Source: Chrysomallon squamiferum
Taxonomy: Eukaryota; Animalia; Mollusca
Length of the DNA: 64,000 nt
Assembly (NCBI GenBank): GCA_012295275.1
Contig: CM022666.1
Coordinates: 15,810,001-15,874,000 of the forward strand
Direction: 5' to 3'
Position numbers and translations under genes: made by a program. The stretch's first letter is position 1. Each line of letters opens with the position of its first letter. Below, one piece after another: positions 13,688 through 28,913 of the stretch. Under the pieces are notes generated by a model that did not search any database, was not told the origin of the DNA, and saw nothing but the letters and a program-made list of their open reading frames with translations.

Positions 13688-15587
13688 TATAAGTATAATA
13701 ATGTTTTAATAAACGATGAAATGTGTAAATGCCTCTAACTGTTAATAATGTCATTTTTTAAAAGTGTTGATTCAGCATCATGCAATGCAAACATAATGTC
13801 TATACAGTAATATTTTATTTAATACTGGGTTTTATTGCAACATGAAGTTTTATACCTTGTTTAAATCTCTTCATTTGTAACTGTATGTATATCTGTATAT
13901 ATAGATTTCTCTATAAATTCCTGAATCAGGTTTAAATGGCTCATGCAGTATTCATGCAATTGTAAATTTATTTAACATAATTCCTCTGGGAGTCCTGTAG
14001 ATTGTTTTAATCTCTTCATGCAGTATTTTGTAATTTTAAATTTGTTTAACTTAATTTATCCATAAGGTCATGTAGCTTCTATAAATGGCACAACCTCTAT
14101 TTTCTAGTTGTAAATTGTATTTGACATAATCTGTACATGAAATCTTATAGCTGGTTTTGACCTTTTGTGCAGTATTCTGTAGCAGTAAATGTATTTAACA
14201 CAATTCACCTGTGGAGTCCTACAGCCTGTACAAATGGTTCACCCAGTATTTTGTAGTTGTAAATTTGTTTGACATAATTACTGCATAAAATTGTTTTTTT
14301 ACTTGTATAAATGGCTTCCGCAGTATTTTCTAGTTGTAGATTTTTTTGATATTTCTTTCATGAAATCCTGTAGCTTGTATAAACTGATCATTTATTATTA
14401 TTATGTGCTTGTAAATTTATTTAAAATAATTCCTCCATAATTTTTTTTTTAGCATGCATAAACTGCTCTTGCAGTATTTTCTGGTTGTAAATTTAACATA
14501 GTCTGTACATGCAGTCGTATGGTTACAGCTTGTTTTAATATCTTCATGCTGTATTCTGCAACTGTATTTATTTAAGATAATTCATCCATAAAGTCCTGTA
14601 GATCATAAGATGTATAAAGAGTTCATTCAGTGTTGTTGCTGTACTTTCTTTAACATGTAAGATATTTTGTTCTGATGGGGGTGCTGACTCTGTACACAAC
14701 CTACTGTGAGAAAGGATATTTTCTCGTGGCGCTGGAGAAAGACAAAGCAGGAGTGGATCCAGACAATGTGTGGAAATTATCATCATACTTGAAAAAGTGA
14801 GTGGAAATTACACTGTTTTCTTGTTTGTGTGTGTTTTGGAGACGTCAAAGCACTCGGGAATCAGTTACTAACATTAAAAGTTGGTTACCTTATTTTAATT
14901 ATATTTCATGAGTTAATTCATTTTAGTGCTGATAAAGAAATATGTTGAGTTTCATATTTTTGGGGGGTTTTTTTTTTTGGGGGGGGGTTGTGTTATTTTT
15001 TTTCTGTTATTTTTATTTTTCAAATCCTATGTCATTATGTGACATTGAATTACTAATGTTTGTTAGAAGTGTAGACAACCAGTCTTGTAATAATGATAGG
15101 ATAGACGAAATTTGATAACCATTAATAAAAACATAAGCTAAATCAATATATCATTAGATAGTCTGTAAATAGTCTTTTTTGTGTATGTTTGTACAATAAT
15201 GGTATGAAAGATGACAGGTGCTGAATTGTCATTAAAGAAGCATTTTATTTATTTATTTAATTTGATTTTATTTGTGCATTAATATTGTTATTGTTATTAA
15301 TATTATTTTTATTATTATTATTATTTGATTTATTTATATTTTATTTGTTTTATTTGTATTATTATTTTTATTATTATATTTTTCTATATATTTTTTCCAG
15401 ATATGATGATATATATCACTTGACCATGTCCTTCACAGATGGAGAGACAAAGAAAACAACCACAGCAGACAGTTCCAAGTCAGTTGCTCAGTTTTTTGAT
15501 GAGAAGGGTTACCTGTGTAGAGATAATTTCAACCAGGTTGTCCTAGGATTGAGATCCACCATTACCAAGGAAAAGAAAGAAAAATAA
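11667..15587 (+). CDS. SPCS2: Signal peptidase complex subunit 2 (SPC25), about 198 aa, 5 exons
   Basis: Exons 11667-11705, 12655-12729, 13191-13351, 14662-14796, 15401-15587. [67 protein letters not shown] and [11 protein letters not shown] are SPCS2 motifs. Exon 1 is less certain because its donor (GTTTTT) is weak. Confidence 0.94.
13352..14661 (+). other. U12-type (minor spliceosome) GT-AG intron of SPCS2
   Basis: 5' site GTATCCTTT at 13352; branch-like TTCTTTAAC at 14646-14654 followed closely by AG at 14660-14661; no polypyrimidine tract. Splicing restores CVLS-YFVLMG. Confidence 0.9.
13900..14655 (+). repeat. Old degenerate ~75-bp tandem repeat, about 10 copies, ending at the U12 branch site
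   Basis: CAGTATTYTGTAGTTGTAAATTTRTTTRACATAATT...CCTGTAGCTTGTATAAATGG recurs near 13946, 14021, 14170, 14244, 14321, 14472, 14548 and 14628. Confidence 0.75.
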
Positions 15588-18500
15588 ATATCCTCAAATT
15601 TGAATCATATATTTTTGATTTGATTTTTTTTTGGTTTAAAACCAGCAATGAAGTATTGTGTTATAAAGTTTATTTTTCTGGTGCATTTTATTGTCTTCTT
15701 GTTAAATAATTCACTTTATATTCTGGTGTTATGAATTCATTTGTTATCAAACACAAATACAAAAAAACATACTGGTTGCTAATTTTATTATAAATGCCAA
15801 AATGTATTGACACTGCACAGGATAACAAGAACTTGGCAATTTTAATATGGTGTTGTTTTTCTTCTTCAGATTTTTACAAAATTTCCAAAATTGGTTTATG
15901 TTAGTTTGTTGTATTCTTGATGATGAAAGTAAATTTTGTTTTCTCTCTCTCTCAATCAAAACTGCATGTTGTCTTTATGGTATCAGAATTTGTTGTATTA
16001 TTTGTTTATGTAAACTTAGCAAACCGGTTATTTCATAATGTGGCTCACTGGAAAGATCATAAACACTCTTGTCAAAAAAAACTTCAATATTTTGTTTTTT
16101 AATTTATGTATGTATATTTGCTAGTAAATCAATAGAACAGATATCGTAGGTTTTTGTTTTTGTTTTGCTTTACCATGAGATTTTCTGTTTGTTAATTCTA
16201 CAGACTGCTAATTGATACACTCCCATTAAGGGGTTATCTGGCTGATAGGCTATCATGACACAGCTAACTGGGCATGCAGTGACACAACAACTGTCACAGT
16301 ATTCATAACACCAGGGAATAAAATCCGTTTTCCATTATAATAGAGAATTATATATGTGAACAATGTTTATGGTGAAGTTAACATTTTTGGTGGGTGTGCA
16401 GTGTACATGCATTTAACATGCATAGAAAATATTTCTCTGCTCTAACTAAAACAATATATTATCTTTATTGACAGTAGTTTGTGTGGCGTATGTTTTTCTT
16501 TAATCTAAATCATAGCTTTTAACATTTTTAATTGCTTGTAGGATTTGTTTGTTTTCTTTTCTTTGTAGCATTGATAAATGTACGAAAAAGGTTAAAAAAA
16601 AACAACAACAAAGAAAAGCTAGGTTTTAAAATCTTTAATTATAGTGCCTTAACAATCTTATATCGAAATTGTTTCTTTAGATTACGTTAATACCATCACA
16701 AAATGGTTAATTCAGTAATTGATATTCTGTTACCTACATTCATGTTTATTAATACTAGATTTGTATGTAGCTGTGACTGACCTACAAATACATTCTGTTA
16801 AGAAAATGTAAAAATTTAGTCAATTTTCATTTATTCAGTATTAACTTTGATCTCTCTTTTCTGAAATTTAACATTTCTATTAATAAAAAAAATTAAAAAT
16901 AAATAAACAGTAATCAATTTACTGTTTTACTCATTTAACACTTCTCTATATTTTTTAATTGTATTTTTCAAATAAACTTTTTTAATGTGCATATTTCAAG
17001 ACACTGAAATGAATTTATATCAGCTGTTTAAGTAATTACACAGTAATGTGTAAATGTTTATTGGAGAAACTATTAAATTATATTTAAGTTTTAGGTTATA
17101 ATATTTATTGAAATTATTTTGCTTCTTTTAGCATCTGGTTTTGACAATAGATTACCTCCCTTTGAACAGGTCACTTAAAATTAAATTAACAAAAATAATA
17201 ATAACTTCTTAATAAATTTGCAACTGTGTGAAAATAAACTGTTTAAATGTTGATTCATAAAATATTTTTATTATTATTATTATATTTTTTTTTTTTTTGT
17301 TTAAATAAAATTTTGGGTTTGGATGTACAAGCTTACTTTCTTGTTTTACCTGCAACATGAAAGTGTTAAAAAAAAAAAAAATCATAATGAAATTAATATC
17401 AAAATTGTTTAAAGGGATCATCATTTCATAACCATCAGTTTTGAATTTACTTTTTGTATTTTAATTTTTTTGTATTTATTTTTTAATTTTAGTATGTAAA
17501 TGATGACTTAGAATATATTCGTATTCAGACATATCAGAGAAGTATGTACAGCTGTTTGCAGTTTACCCGTTGCTTTGGTAACCCAAGTGATTATCAAGAC
17601 TTTACTTTTGTTGCACATATTTTATCTGTGTATGTAAGTGTGTTATTTTTATTTTTACCATGTTCTGTCATGGTAGCACTGGTAACAAAGGTGCTAGTTA
17701 TGTATAATAAAACACATAAAGGAAATTTTGCATAGTTAATTTGCTTCATTAAAACAAAATTCAGTAAATAAAAAAAGTTATTTTATAAATAAGTAATGTA
17801 AAATATAATTACAGCTGTTAGATATATATATATCTTAGTGACTATTTTATTTATTTCTAGATGATAACATTTAAAAACAAGAATAGACTGATAGATCTGT
17901 GATGATGGTTAAAGGTAGACACATTCCATTTTTTCCAGACGTCTTTTTGAACAATCAGCTTGGTTAGTTGTACATAGTAAATACAAATTTTTCTTCTTTT
18001 TTTTTCCTTTCTTTTTATTATAATTTATTTATTTATTTATTATTATTATAATTTTTTTATTTTTTTTAAATGAACTTACATGTTCATTAGTTGAAAACAA
18101 GTTATTGCACTTATCAGAATTTCAGAATGTTTTTATTTTTTAAATAAACATAATTTTTTTTTTTCTACAAACTTTAGTGCTTTATTTCTTTAATATGCAG
18201 TACAAAATGTAAAATAAAAAATAAAAAAATGTTACTATAGCAGATGTCTGTATACATTATTGGTAATGGTAAAATTGTATTTATTTATTTATTATTATTA
18301 TGATTATTATTATTATTATTAACCGATTGTTTACAAAATAATACTTATTTCAACATCATTTCATTTTACTTTGCACAGTTTGTAAATATCTGTACATGTG
18401 GAGTTTTTTAATTACCATTTCTTCAATGAAATCAGTTTATTGTATTACTGCTGATCATTTATAATTTGATCAATGACTTTGGAAACAATCAGATATATTG

Positions 18501-18839
18501 CTCGAAATTTAGAATTGTATCAGTTAATTATAAAATAAATCAAAATTGAAATATTCAGTGTTTCTCATTATTTACTTGGTTGATTGGTTGTATAGTAGTA
18601 ATAGTAAAACTGTTAAGAACAGTAATACCAGGGCTGCCAAGAATGGGAGAGTAACAGGGGCCCTCCAGTGGAATTAAAGGGCTGAGGCCCTAATGCATGT
18701 TGAAATTCTTGACGTTTAACAGTTACACAAGAACATTTAAACAAAATAGTTTGAAATGCCTTGACATATGTATGGATGTCATGGTCAGCCTAATGTTATT
18801 TAAATCTTGATTTAATTTCTCTGATTATCCATCTATTAG

Positions 18840-18887
<48 letters not shown>

Positions 18888-20250
18888 GCAAGTTACATGT
18901 TTCGTCCATCACGTTAATTCACATGAAAAATGTCTTCTATCCTCGTCTACGTTTTTACGTGTTGGACACAATGACTTGTACTCTGCAGCCGAAGCACAGA
19001 TGCATTTTTTATTTTTTTATTCTTATTACTATCATTTCCTCCACCCACACACATCATTAATTAATTCTCAGTAAATGGAATTCCGTGATAACATAAGCAT
19101 TTGTACATTCCTTGGGATAGGTATTTTTAATTAACGTTAGTAATCTGAAATTAGATTGTGACCAAGTTACAGTCTACTACTGTTACACATCCGTTCCAAC
19201 TGTACCTAACGTCCGATAACTCTGACGGAAAATAGGTGGAGTTACCTGTCGTTTGCAGTGTAAGAAATGAGTTGTGAAGCTGTATCAGTAATAATTATAT
19301 TATTATTGAAAATTTAAAAATTAATATTGATGTATGTGATCGTTACTATTACAACTTTTGTTCGTATAGTAGAAACGAAAGTAATTTTTCTTTGTAATAC
19401 TCGATCAGCTATCAGCTAATCAATCGCTGAAGGAACAATTTCCATTAACTCGCACACGCAAGTATGTCTATCTCTTTCAGTTTTACCCTAATTCAAGATT
19501 TCCATGATTTTCATCGATGTCTGCCAGAATCGGCAAACCCTTTGATTGCTGTCACCTCCATTATGCATAAATACACACTAACGAACAAATGCAGAGACAC
19601 AATCTTTACGTAGAAACATTTCAATAAATATCGAAAAAAAAAAAAAAGTATACTTTTATTTCCATTACATACAGCTTGGCTGTTTATTTTATTTTGTATA
19701 ATTATTTATATTTATTTCACAGACTAACCCACTAGGAAAAAATTATATACACATTTGGAATTTTCATTTAATACTTTCTCAACAATACGTTCGTGGTTCT
19801 TCGAGAAGCATCGATGTAACTACGTCATTAAACTCGCCGAGAGGAAGGGTACGAGACGGCGATAGATAAATCCGCTTTTTAATTTGAAATAGAATTCCTT
19901 ATCATGAGCGTTAAGCAGGAATAAAAATTGTAAAAAAAAAAAAAAGAAGAAGAAGATTTTGTAGTTTTATGAGTCTATACATGAGTAATAAATGAATATA
20001 TCTTTCTCTTATGTGTAATATATCCGGAAAAATCGAGAAACGTTTGACGGGCAGTAAAAAAAGATAGAATGATGTGAAAATTGCCGTGTTCCAGATAACG
20101 TCAGCATTTTGTAATAATATGTACTGATGTTATTTTATCTGGAATCCATTTTTAAAACAGTAATTTTTCAGGTATTTTAAAAGTACATTTACATCAGTGC
20201 CAGACATAAACAGAATTTATAAGAGCTCCACTCTTGATACATGCTTCAAG

Positions 20251-20288
<38 letters not shown>

Positions 20289-20432
20289 ATGTAAAGAAGG
20301 ATAATAGGAATTTAAAAAAAAAAAAATCATTATTCTAAAAAAAAAATTTTATTTGATTAAACTATAAACGGAGACGTGTATTTACCAGTGATATTTATAC
20401 CTTAAATATGCGTGTTTAAACAATCAAAAAGG

Positions 20433-20478
<46 letters not shown>

Positions 20479-21775
20479 GAAACATGCGTTCACACACATA
20501 CATTCACCAATAAACTGGGAGGATTTATTTGTCGCTTTTTCTTAAAATCATATGATAATAAACTAGTGTAGAAAAGCGTGTGTGCGTGTGTGTGTCTGTG
20601 CCAGTATATACAGTATCGGATTTAGTTACAAGCTAAACAAACTCTAGCTCAGGGTCTCGCCAGCTGCATGGGGCCTCGAGAACATTCCAGACTGAGTTTT
20701 ATACTCATTTTTAATATTAACATGTAATCAGCCAGCGCATTCATTTGAAAATAATTTGAACTGCTCACTTTGCTGTTAGATAATTTAAAAACATGTTTAA
20801 GTTTTCTCTGATCATCAAGTGTAATATAGGCCTATATATAAGAAGAAGAAGAAGAAGAAGAAGAAAGACAACAATAAAAACAAATAACGGCATCAGGGTT
20901 TTATATAGTTTATGGCCTCACCAAATCTAAATCCGGCATTGCATACACACGCAAGCACGCTCGCACTCACACACCCATCCACACCCACACAGAAAGACAT
21001 GGATAGCATAATATATAGCATGCAGTGTTGCTCTCTCTCTCGTCATATATCATTTATCTCACATTTATTATTGTCAGATCTCGTGAATGGTTATTTCGTT
21101 CATGGGGGAAACATAAAACATCGACACAGAATGAATTTCATTCGATCTTGTAAATTTAATGAATAACGTCACATAAATCCTATGCGTTTTAACTTTTTGA
21201 TAAGCAGAATATTAGATTCTCTTTCATAACCTCTTTTTTTTTTTTTATTTTTTTTCCTTTTTTTTAGTATTAATAATTTTTCCCTTCATCCTCACTATCC
21301 CTACGTTGGTATCGTTAACCCTAATTAAGCCAAGGTCTCGTTTCCTGCCTGTTTCCTGTAACAGACGTAGACAGAGAGTTCAGAGCGAGGTTATTGCTGT
21401 GACCACTTTCCACTGAAGGAACACTAAGTAGCTTGTAACAGTCAATGGCACTCGCCAGAGAAGAGGCAACCATAATATTTATTTATTTATAATTATTGCT
21501 ACTACTACTACTACTATTATTACTGTTAGTAATACCACTTCGATTACTACTATTAGTACTATTATTGTACTTCTACCATAATAATAATATTACTATTACT
21601 AGTTATGTTACTATTGTTACTGTTAATACCATTACAACTATTACTATTGATATTAGCACCACGACTGCTACTATTGTTTTTTCTTTCTGTTTTTTTTTTC
21701 CTCCTCTTCTTCTTCTTCATAGTATTATTATTATTTTTATTATTATTATTATTGTTGTTATTATTGTTATTATTA

Positions 21776-21840
<65 letters not shown>

Positions 21841-22225
21841 ATTATTATTATTAATTTATTAATTTATTTACTTATTTATTTAATTTTTATTTTTTAATTT
21901 TTTAATTTTTGTTTCGTGCAAGACATTTGCACGTTACGTGCGTCCTAATGGGTTCAGTAAGTACAGACATACAAGTGCTGTTTTATTAATGAAATTAAGA
22001 AATCACTTTCAGTGAAGACTTCTGTAGACACTGTTTATCTGAAGCGGCGGTATCTCATTGGTAGAATGCTGACGTCAGGCAGGAACAAGAAAAAAACAAC
22101 ATATGTAACACAAAGAATTCTTTGTGATGTTAGATTATGTGAAGAAAATTTTAACGCAAGAAAATGTATTTGTCCTTGTACCATTATTTAATGATTATCA
22201 ATTCAATCATTTTATTATTATTATA

Positions 22226-22312
<87 letters not shown>

Positions 22313-22420
22313 TGTTTATATATATATATATATATATAACTTAAATTTTCTGTTGTATTACTCATAAATGAATCTTTAAGACGAATATTTCTAAGTCTTT
22401 TTATTTTTGATCATACACGG

Positions 22421-22455
<35 letters not shown>

Positions 22456-23220
22456 ATAATGAAAACGTTATCACAAGAAAATTTATTTATTTTGCTCTGC
22501 ATGATGTCCCTTTCAACAAGGTAAAATATTTCACATGAGTGAAATATTTCGGAACTCATACGTAGATGGGTTATTAAAAAAAAAAAAAAAAAAAATGAAC
22601 ATCGGAAAGCAGGTGAAACTTTACTACACAAATATTTGTTCAGATGCCGTTACGTGCAGTGCTGCAGTCGCTCACGTTGTTTTTAAAACAGGTAACCTAT
22701 TAAGAAAAATAATTACCTTTTTTTTTTTTTTTCCTTCTGCCCTCTGGAGTATTTGATATTTTGTTTAACGCATTTTGCTCCGCTATTTCGATATGCAGCT
22801 GTGAGACAGCGCCCGGAGTCACGTGGTATCACTGGTTTTCTGCAATATTTCCGCTGTTGTGAAACAGTTTATTAAAAATAGATGGTATATTTGTTGTACA
22901 CAGGTGGGGGGGGGAAGAGAGCGATAAAATAAAAATCACAACTAAAAATAATTTTTATAAGGATCTACGTCAATAATCTTATAATCAGATTAGAAATTAG
23001 ATTTGTTGACGAATTTATTATTTCTTGGTTTTAACAGATATGGAATTGAAATTTGCACCAGTTCCACGAACTGGGTCAAATTAAAAATAATTATCGATTT
23101 CATTTATAAATAAATAATCAAATAAAAATCAATAAATCAATCATTAATAAACAAACAAGTAAATGAATAAAAAAAAAATAATAATAAATGGATGAATATA
23201 TAAAACAGTAAGTGAATGAA

Positions 23221-23267
<47 letters not shown>

Positions 23268-24169
23268 AAATTTAGAGCAGACAAGCCAACCATTACTAAA
23301 ACACAGCATGCAAAAACAAAATGATGACGTAAAAGAGATTACTTCCAGAAATCCAAATCCCCAGTGATTTTTTGTTTTCATTTGTAATCGATAACAAAAA
23401 TCTCGTCACGAACATAACCATCATACGTAAGCAGTGCTGTGTGGGAGTCAAAGTAAATATTACCCGCAGTAGCTTGGAAAACAACATCCAAGTTTTTTTA
23501 TTTTTCAGCTGACGTAGACGTAGTTGTCTGTGCTGTAAGCGTTGCCCGCGTTACTGACATGCGCAACTACGTGCAAACAATGTTATGAAGCAAAAACCGG
23601 TTTTAATTGCAAAACTGAAAATGATTCCATCATTTCATTAATACCGAAATTAATTCATTATTTGACTTTCTGAATTTCGGATTTTTTATTGGTATCCTGT
23701 TTATAAAAACAAATATGCCCCAACCAGTTAAAAAAAACGTACAAACGAAACACATATTTTCATTATTTAAAAAAGTAAAGATTTTAAAACCTTATCTTGA
23801 AAATCTCAAAACGCATTTTCACATTTGTGGACATTCTTACAAGACAATGACGTAAATACATTACAACAAACAAATGACGTCATTTAATTATATATTTATT
23901 GGCAATTAAATTGTTGTACACAAAACTACATTCCATCGCGTTACAGAGGTACAGAAATTTAATGTTTTGTACAGAAAATATTCTAATTTACAATTAATAA
24001 TTAAAAAAAAAAAAATAACAAAAGAAACAAACAAAAAAAAAAACACACACTTGAAAATTGAAAATTAATTACACCTATTGTTATTTTGAAAACAAAACAA
24101 CAAAAACATAATAATTACAACAACCACAACATGACTAGCAAATATATTCGTTGATAATTAGGTATGTAT

Positions 24170-24205
<36 letters not shown>

Positions 24206-24700
24206 TTCAGTCAAAAAATTCTCAAATATCTGGTAAATGCATAAAGGATAATATTTCTGTTCAAATAAAGAAATAATAATAATAACAACAATAATAATAA
24301 TTATAATAACAATAATAATAACAATAACAATAATAATAATAATTATAACAATAAAATATAATAAAAACATTTAAATATATATTTACAGTTTATCAACACC
24401 CCAACCCCCCCCAAAAAAAAACCCAAACAAAACATACAAAATAATAATAAAATTAAATAAAAACAATTTTTAAATCATTAATCAAACAATCATTAAAAAA
24501 ACACCAAAAAAAAAAAAAAAAAAAAAAAAAACCACATTATTCTGAACACATTGCATCATACTTGTTCAAATATAAATAACATTTCGGGCATAAACAACAA
24601 CATGAATAAATTAACTAAATTTGTCCGTTGACTAAACCAAATCTTGTTCTGACTATAGGCGATGCATTTTGACGGTTTCCAATTGAACAGAGTCTTAAAG

Positions 24701-24910
24701 CAGACATGGGCAACTTGTTTTCGAGAAGTGGGCCACATAAGACATGGCTCATACTTCAGGAACTGTCATAATAAAACTATTGCATGTGTTTTAGTATATT
24801 AGTAGCCGCAAAATAGACTCATTTTATAAAATTTGAATTAACGTTATTTTCCTTGTGAAATTATGCGGGCCACTCAGAAAGCCGCGCGGGCCGCAGTTTC
24901 TCCATGACTG
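24701..24910. mobile_element. 210-bp non-autonomous hAT-type DNA transposon (MITE)
   Basis: Imperfect TIRs CAGACATGGGCAACT / AGTTTCTCCATGACTG, subterminal GCGGGCCGC/GGGCCAC motifs, and a perfect 8-bp target-site duplication TCTTAAAG at 24693-24700 and 24911-24918. Confidence 0.88.
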
Positions 24911-25546
24911 TCTTAAAGTATGATGATGTCATAGATAACTCTGAATGTTGCTATGGTGATAGCGTATCCAAGACAACTCTGATTAATGCTGTAGAGACAC
25001 AGACTGTTACTTAGGAGGCCTTTTTAAACCTCGAACTTTTAATTTTTTTTTTTTAATTTTTTATTTTTTTTAAACATCTAGAATCAAATGTGTAATTCTA
25101 GACGCTTCCCTTTCATGTAATAATATTTATTATAAATATTAAAACATATGGTGTCATAACAAACATTAAAAGAAATATTTAAAGATAATATCAAGCAAAT
25201 ATTAACTAAACAATATACACAATTTCTAGCTTACTTTGGTATAACAAATGTCTGTAATTAAATACACGAAATAAACAATAATAAATAATATGAATATATA
25301 CACATGAATACTGTACAATATTGCACATAACACAAATGGACGAATATTTTCATCAATTTGAAGAACAATGTACAAGGCAGTTGGATTAACTATCATTAAT
25401 AATATTTATTTTAAAATGCATGTTTTGAAAAATAAATTAAATAATTAAATAAAATAAAATAAATAAAATTAATAAGTAAAATAAACAAATCCAGTATAAA
25501 CAAATTAATAAAATAAAAATAAATAAATAAATAAATAAATAAGATG

Positions 25547-25580
<34 letters not shown>

Positions 25581-25953
25581 CAGTAGTAGTAGTAGTAATT
25601 CGGGACATATCAAAGATAAGAAAGGAAACTGATTTGATTGAAATGATAATATTTGACATATGATTGTAATTTCCCAATCCAAACACCTGTAAACATTTTG
25701 CTGTAACATGACACAGACTACAAATTATTAGGGACTAACCACGTGACAAGAGATAGGGAGTGCGCAGGGATTTTGTACAAAAACCGGAGAGAGAATGTGC
25801 GTGTGTGTGTGTGTGTGTGCGTGTGTGTGTAAATTAATTATTTAAAACTATTTTAAACTTTTATACGTTTATAACAATCAAATGTTTCTTCTTCTGGTAG
25901 TAGTACTAGTAACAGTAGCAGTAGCAGCATCAGTTCAACTTTCATTTGTCTGT

Positions 25954-25992
<39 letters not shown>

Positions 25993-26267
25993 TCGAAATT
26001 GAAATACGCCCGAGCATGTGTTCGGTTAACGTCAAAATCCCAGGATGGCAAGAATGTGATAACAATAGTAAATTTTATGCATAAGCAAAGTTTTGATGTT
26101 TACAATGCGTAGTTTAATACTGTTTATCAAATCTGAATACTTTAATAAAAACAAGTGTTGAACTTTAAAATTAGGATCAGATGCTGAAAACTAAAGTAGA
26201 CGTATGAAAATAATTCAGCATACTCTACAAATTTTTTAAAGAAAAAATCTTTAAATTTAAGTTTAGT

Positions 26268-26326
<59 letters not shown>

Positions 26327-26370
26327 ATTATTATTATATCCTGTTTTTTCTTTCAATATTGATATAGTCC

Positions 26371-26404
<34 letters not shown>

Positions 26405-26648
26405 ATTTTCCCTGGAGATACAAAGTAATTTTCACCACATTTTTCTGACGTCTAAAAACCCCCAAAGAATAACAACAACAACAGTGGATTAAAACCGCCA
26501 TCTTGTTTATCGCATTCTCCATTAACCCAGCATCACATCAGACGTCAGCGAATTTAAATTAATACTGAAACTGCACAAAAACCCCAACCCACCGGTATCA
26601 ACATGATTCAGCCATTCTGAAAACCGTTAGCACATTCTCCTGACTGAA

Positions 26649-27162
26649 CTAATTTGTCACAGTATACCTCCGTCTGTCTCTCAGCAGTCTGCTCAGTCGT
26701 TTCATCTTTCTCAGTCCAGTCAAGTTCTTTCGCTTCTTTTTCTTCAGCTTATCCTTTTTTATCAGTTTGCGCACGTCCCTCGCCATCTTCTTCATGACGT
26801 TGCTGTAGCTTTGGATGCGCGCGGTGTACATCGCCGCCACCTTCTTTTTGTCGGCGATCGACATCTCCACCCAGTTCGTTCTGTTTTTGTGAATTTCTCG
26901 TTGAGTTTTTCTAAGAGTGCGCAGCAGTTCTCTCACTCGAACGCACAGTTTTGTCCTGTTTAGTCTGCACTGTAACGTAAAGTAATTGTTTATACGTAAA
27001 GATGTTTTAGTGCTGGGATTTTTGAGTGTACGTCTGTTAGCGTCTGCTTTTTTTTTTGATATTTGTATTTCATAACTAAATTTTATTACTTAATAATTCT
27101 ATAACAACAATAATAAATAATTAAATAAATAAATAAATAAATAAAACAAAAATTAATAATAA

Positions 27163-27193
<31 letters not shown>

Positions 27194-27701
27194 AAGAAGG
27201 AAACAAAGAAAGAAAAGAAAAAGAAGAAAAAGAACAAAAATATTATTTAAATAAAAACAACATTCTTGCTTTTCAAACAACTAACACATCTTTATCACCA
27301 TTCCTTGTTTAACCTTCATTTGACTTCTAACGAGTGTGTAATTTTGTGATGACTTGCATCTCCCTTGGACGTGAGAGAAAAAGTAAAAAAAAAAAAAGAG
27401 TAACAACTAATTTATGGTGCAGGTGTGAGCCTTTTAACCTTGTGCACCTGTCGTCTGCTGATAACACCCTCCCCCCTGCTTCAAAGCCGTCTGCTTCTGT
27501 TAACTAGCAGACGACACACGTTCACGTGTGAACCGGCTGCACTCTGAATTAACTGAGCACGCTGAGAAATTAACACTTCGCCAGTGAACTTTACTGTCTT
27601 TTAATGTTCGAAATGTTTTCTTCTTATTATTATTATAATTTTGTTTTTTTTTTTTTAAATAATTGCTGTGTATGTTAACGAATTAGTTTTTGTATATGTA
27701 T

Positions 27702-27779
<78 letters not shown>

Positions 27780-27897
27780 GGATTAAATACATACACGTCT
27801 GTTGGCTTTCTTTCCAGTTTTGATTGCTTGTTTTAGTAAAACTTCTAACATACTGGTCTGCTCCCAGGACAAAGAACTTGTACCGATCCTGAATTCT

Positions 27898-27955
<58 letters not shown>

Positions 27956-28246
27956 TGATGATGATTTTTTTTTTTTAAATATAAGAAAAAAGGTAAAAAC
28001 AATTTGTAAGATTAGATGTTCTACTAAATCAGTGAACTATTATGACGTCATAATAGTCCGACGTAAAACCTGTCAGTTTTTCGCAGTAGAAGGTTTACTG
28101 AGGTTTGTATATTTGTTATTTTTCGCAGGAACTGTTGTCTTCGTTATTGATTTAAAGTATTTTGTGAATTATTTTTCACAACGTTTTCATCCGTTATTTT
28201 ATGATACTTTTTTTTTTAAGAACAATGATTATCTTTTATTATTATT

Positions 28247-28279
<33 letters not shown>

Positions 28280-28348
28280 AGAGGGACAGAAAGTATTCTA
28301 AATGTCTAAGTAGCATTTGTCAGTTCCAACTTATGCATATAAATAAAA

Positions 28349-28380
<32 letters not shown>

Positions 28381-28735
28381 CATATACATATACAACATAT
28401 ATGGAATAAAAGAAAATCAAAAAAGAAAAAGAAAGGAAAAGAAATAACAACTACAGTTACAAAATACGAATATAAAAACGAAACAAATTGAAAACGAAAG
28501 TAGCGGAATACCCACTTGAGCTATTGTGAGTTTTAAACGGATAAAGTCCGTAGCTGAGATGAGGTAATATCTTGTTGCTGGCTATCTGTTCCCGTAGATG
28601 ACGTATTTCACTCTCCCACACCCTGATGTAACGCAGGGCAAGGTCACTCTGATCGGCCTTGAACTTCTTCATTTCGAAGTCTTTCATCTCAGCTGTTGAT
28701 AGTCTGATTATCTGTAAATGAGAGTTAGTGTCAAT

Positions 28736-28786
<51 letters not shown>

Positions 28787-28862
28787 AATAATAATAAAAA
28801 CTAATATTATTATTAAATTTTAATGTTGTAAAACTATATAAAAGAATCAAAGAAATTTTATT

Positions 28863-28913
<51 letters not shown>

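Noticed and set aside
21496-21897. Poly-Leu/Ile/Tyr/Thr and SLSL/ERER ORFs here and throughout the window
   Set aside because: Microsatellite translations with no splice or homology support.
22040-22080. tRNA-like A box (GGTATCTCATTGGTAGAATGCTGAC); B-box-like strings near 10903 and 32205
   Set aside because: No cloverleaf can be completed; at most fragments of tRNA-derived SINEs.
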